DNA of 33,940 nucleotides from Neophaeotheca triangularis (taxonomy: Eukaryota). The position numbers were made by a program, and so were the translations under genes. This document shows positions 32,732 through 33,940 of this stretch, piece by piece. Below the pieces are notes generated by a model. It searched no databases, was not told the origin of the DNA, and saw only the letters and a program-made list of their open reading frames with translations. The stretch covers positions 248,001-281,940 of the forward strand of contig BAAIJX010000028.1 of assembly GCA_054600435.1 (NCBI GenBank), given 5' to 3'. The first letter of the stretch is position 1; every line of letters starts with the position of its first letter.

Positions 32732-33810
32732 TCACTGACATGTATACCCCCCATCTACCACTAGCGTGTGTCCTGTTACCCACGACCTAGGGACAATAGT
32801 CAGCTAAAATGTCCCCTCGGCCAAAGGGGAAAAAAAAACAGGAGGAAGGAAAAAGAAAAAGAGGGACAACTCACGCCTCATCACTGGCAAGGAACAAGGC
32901 GGCATCTGCGACGTTGGAGTCTTTACCCAAGCTCCCCCAGGGGTGGCGGGCTTCGATTGCCGTTTTCAGCTCGGGTTGAGAGGTGATGCCTGCTATCATT
33001 GGGCCTGGAGGGGGGAGAAAAGGGGAAAGGGGTGTTAGTAGAGGGGGGCTTTGTGAGTGGCGGGACGATGGGAAAGGGGGGAGACGCACTTTCGACGAAA
33101 CCTGGCGCGACGCAATTGATGTGGATGCGGTCCTAGAAGAAGATTTTACGTTTCAGCAGCCGCGCGCTGTTTGCTGGGAGGTCTTTGCGCTCCCGCTCAC
33201 GGGGGAGGAATGGACGAGACATTCATACCGAAGCGTAATCCAGAGCCATCTGCTTGGTCATGCCCACGACGGCGAACTTGCTAGGCACGTACGCCGGCAA
33301 CCCGGGGTGGGCGACGGTGCCCAGCATGGAAGCGGCGTTGACGATGCAGCCCCTAGTGCGCTCGCCCCTGGCGTTCGCCTCGCGAGGCTCCTGCGCCAGC
33401 ATCTGCCGCAAAGCGTACTTGCAGCACAACCACACGCCGCGGCAATTGACGGCCATTTCGCGATCGAAGTGGGAGGTTTCAAAGGCGTGCGCGCGGACGC
33501 CCGTGGGGTATTTGCTCTCGAGGCCGATGCCGGCGTAGTTGCAGAGGATGTCGAGGCGGTCGGAGCCGCCCCAGGCCACGGCGGCGGTGATCAGGGCTTG
33601 GATGTCGGGCTCCGAGGTGACGTCGCATTTTTGGAAGGTGGCGGAGGATGGGCCGTGGTGGGAGGTGATTTCGTCGACGGTGGTGCCGGCGTCGAGGTCG
33701 GCGCAGATGATGCGGGCGCCGTGGCGGGCGAAGAGGTGGGCCGTTGCTTTGCCTAGGCCCGATGAGGCGCCCGTGATTATGGCTATGCGGTCTTTGAGGC
33801 GGGAGTCCAT
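32732..33810 (-). CDS. Classical short-chain dehydrogenase/reductase; exons 33810-33229, 33132-33090, 33004-32875, 32786-32732; 269 aa
   Basis: TGASSGLG cofactor motif, NYAG, YVPSK catalytic YxxxK, IHINCVAPGFV, LFLASDEASWVTGHTLVVDGGY after splicing. Confidence 0.93.
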
Positions 33811-33817
33811 GGTCGGA

Positions 33818-33940
33818 GGGGGGGGGGGGGGGGGGGGGGGGGGTTTGGTTTTTTTTTTTTTTTAAACCGGGTTGGGGGGGGGGTGGGGAAAGGCAGGAAT
33901 TAGGGGAGTTAATTTTATTTTAAAAAAAAAAATTAAAAAA
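33818..33940. other. Homopolymer-rich end (long G, T and A runs), probably a low-quality contig terminus
   Basis: Poly-G of ~26 nt, poly-T of ~15 nt and A runs in the last 120 nt. Confidence 0.75.

Noticed and set aside
32983..33756. 257-aa plus-strand ORF opposite the SDR
   Set aside because: Antisense shadow of a GC-rich SDR; the minus strand carries all family motifs
33818..33940. Poly-G/poly-T/poly-A as a G-quadruplex, telomere or retroelement tail
   Set aside because: At the sequence end with a degraded homopolymer pattern and no TTAGGG array; most likely a read-quality artefact
1..33940. Transposons, RIP-degraded AT-rich blocks, tRNA/rRNA, CRISPR, secondary-metabolite cluster
   Set aside because: No transposase/RT motifs, terminal repeats, spaced repeat arrays or PKS/NRPS/terpene backbone seen by eye; small RNAs would need tRNAscan-SE/Infernal to exclude

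Overview
Gene-dense eukaryotic DNA from a filamentous ascomycete (short GT-AG introns with CTRAC/CTRAY branch sites; a Dothideomycete origin is my inference only). I reconstructed about 14 protein-coding genes by hand. Recognisable ones: Yap1/AP-1-like bZIP redox regulator, SPF30-like Tudor protein, PP2A activator (PTPA/Rrd1), sulfite reductase flavoprotein (MET10), long-form (ASB+ACT) phosphoglycerate dehydrogenase, Fmp52-like NAD(P)-binding protein, Ufd4/TRIP12-like HECT ligase and a classical SDR. The rest are hypothetical, including a 3-exon gene missed by the ORF track and an 875-aa protein with a degenerate Myb/telobox-like C-terminus. I saw no RNA genes, transposons or CRISPR. The last ~130 nt are homopolymer runs typical of a low-quality contig end. 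I cannot demonstrate a new biological system. The best leads are stop-free 3n introns in the functional sites of AP-1, an intron-retention frame that removes the catalytic Cys of Ufd4, the candidate divergent TRF/Taz1-like protein and a loose redox/sulfur/serine neighbourhood.
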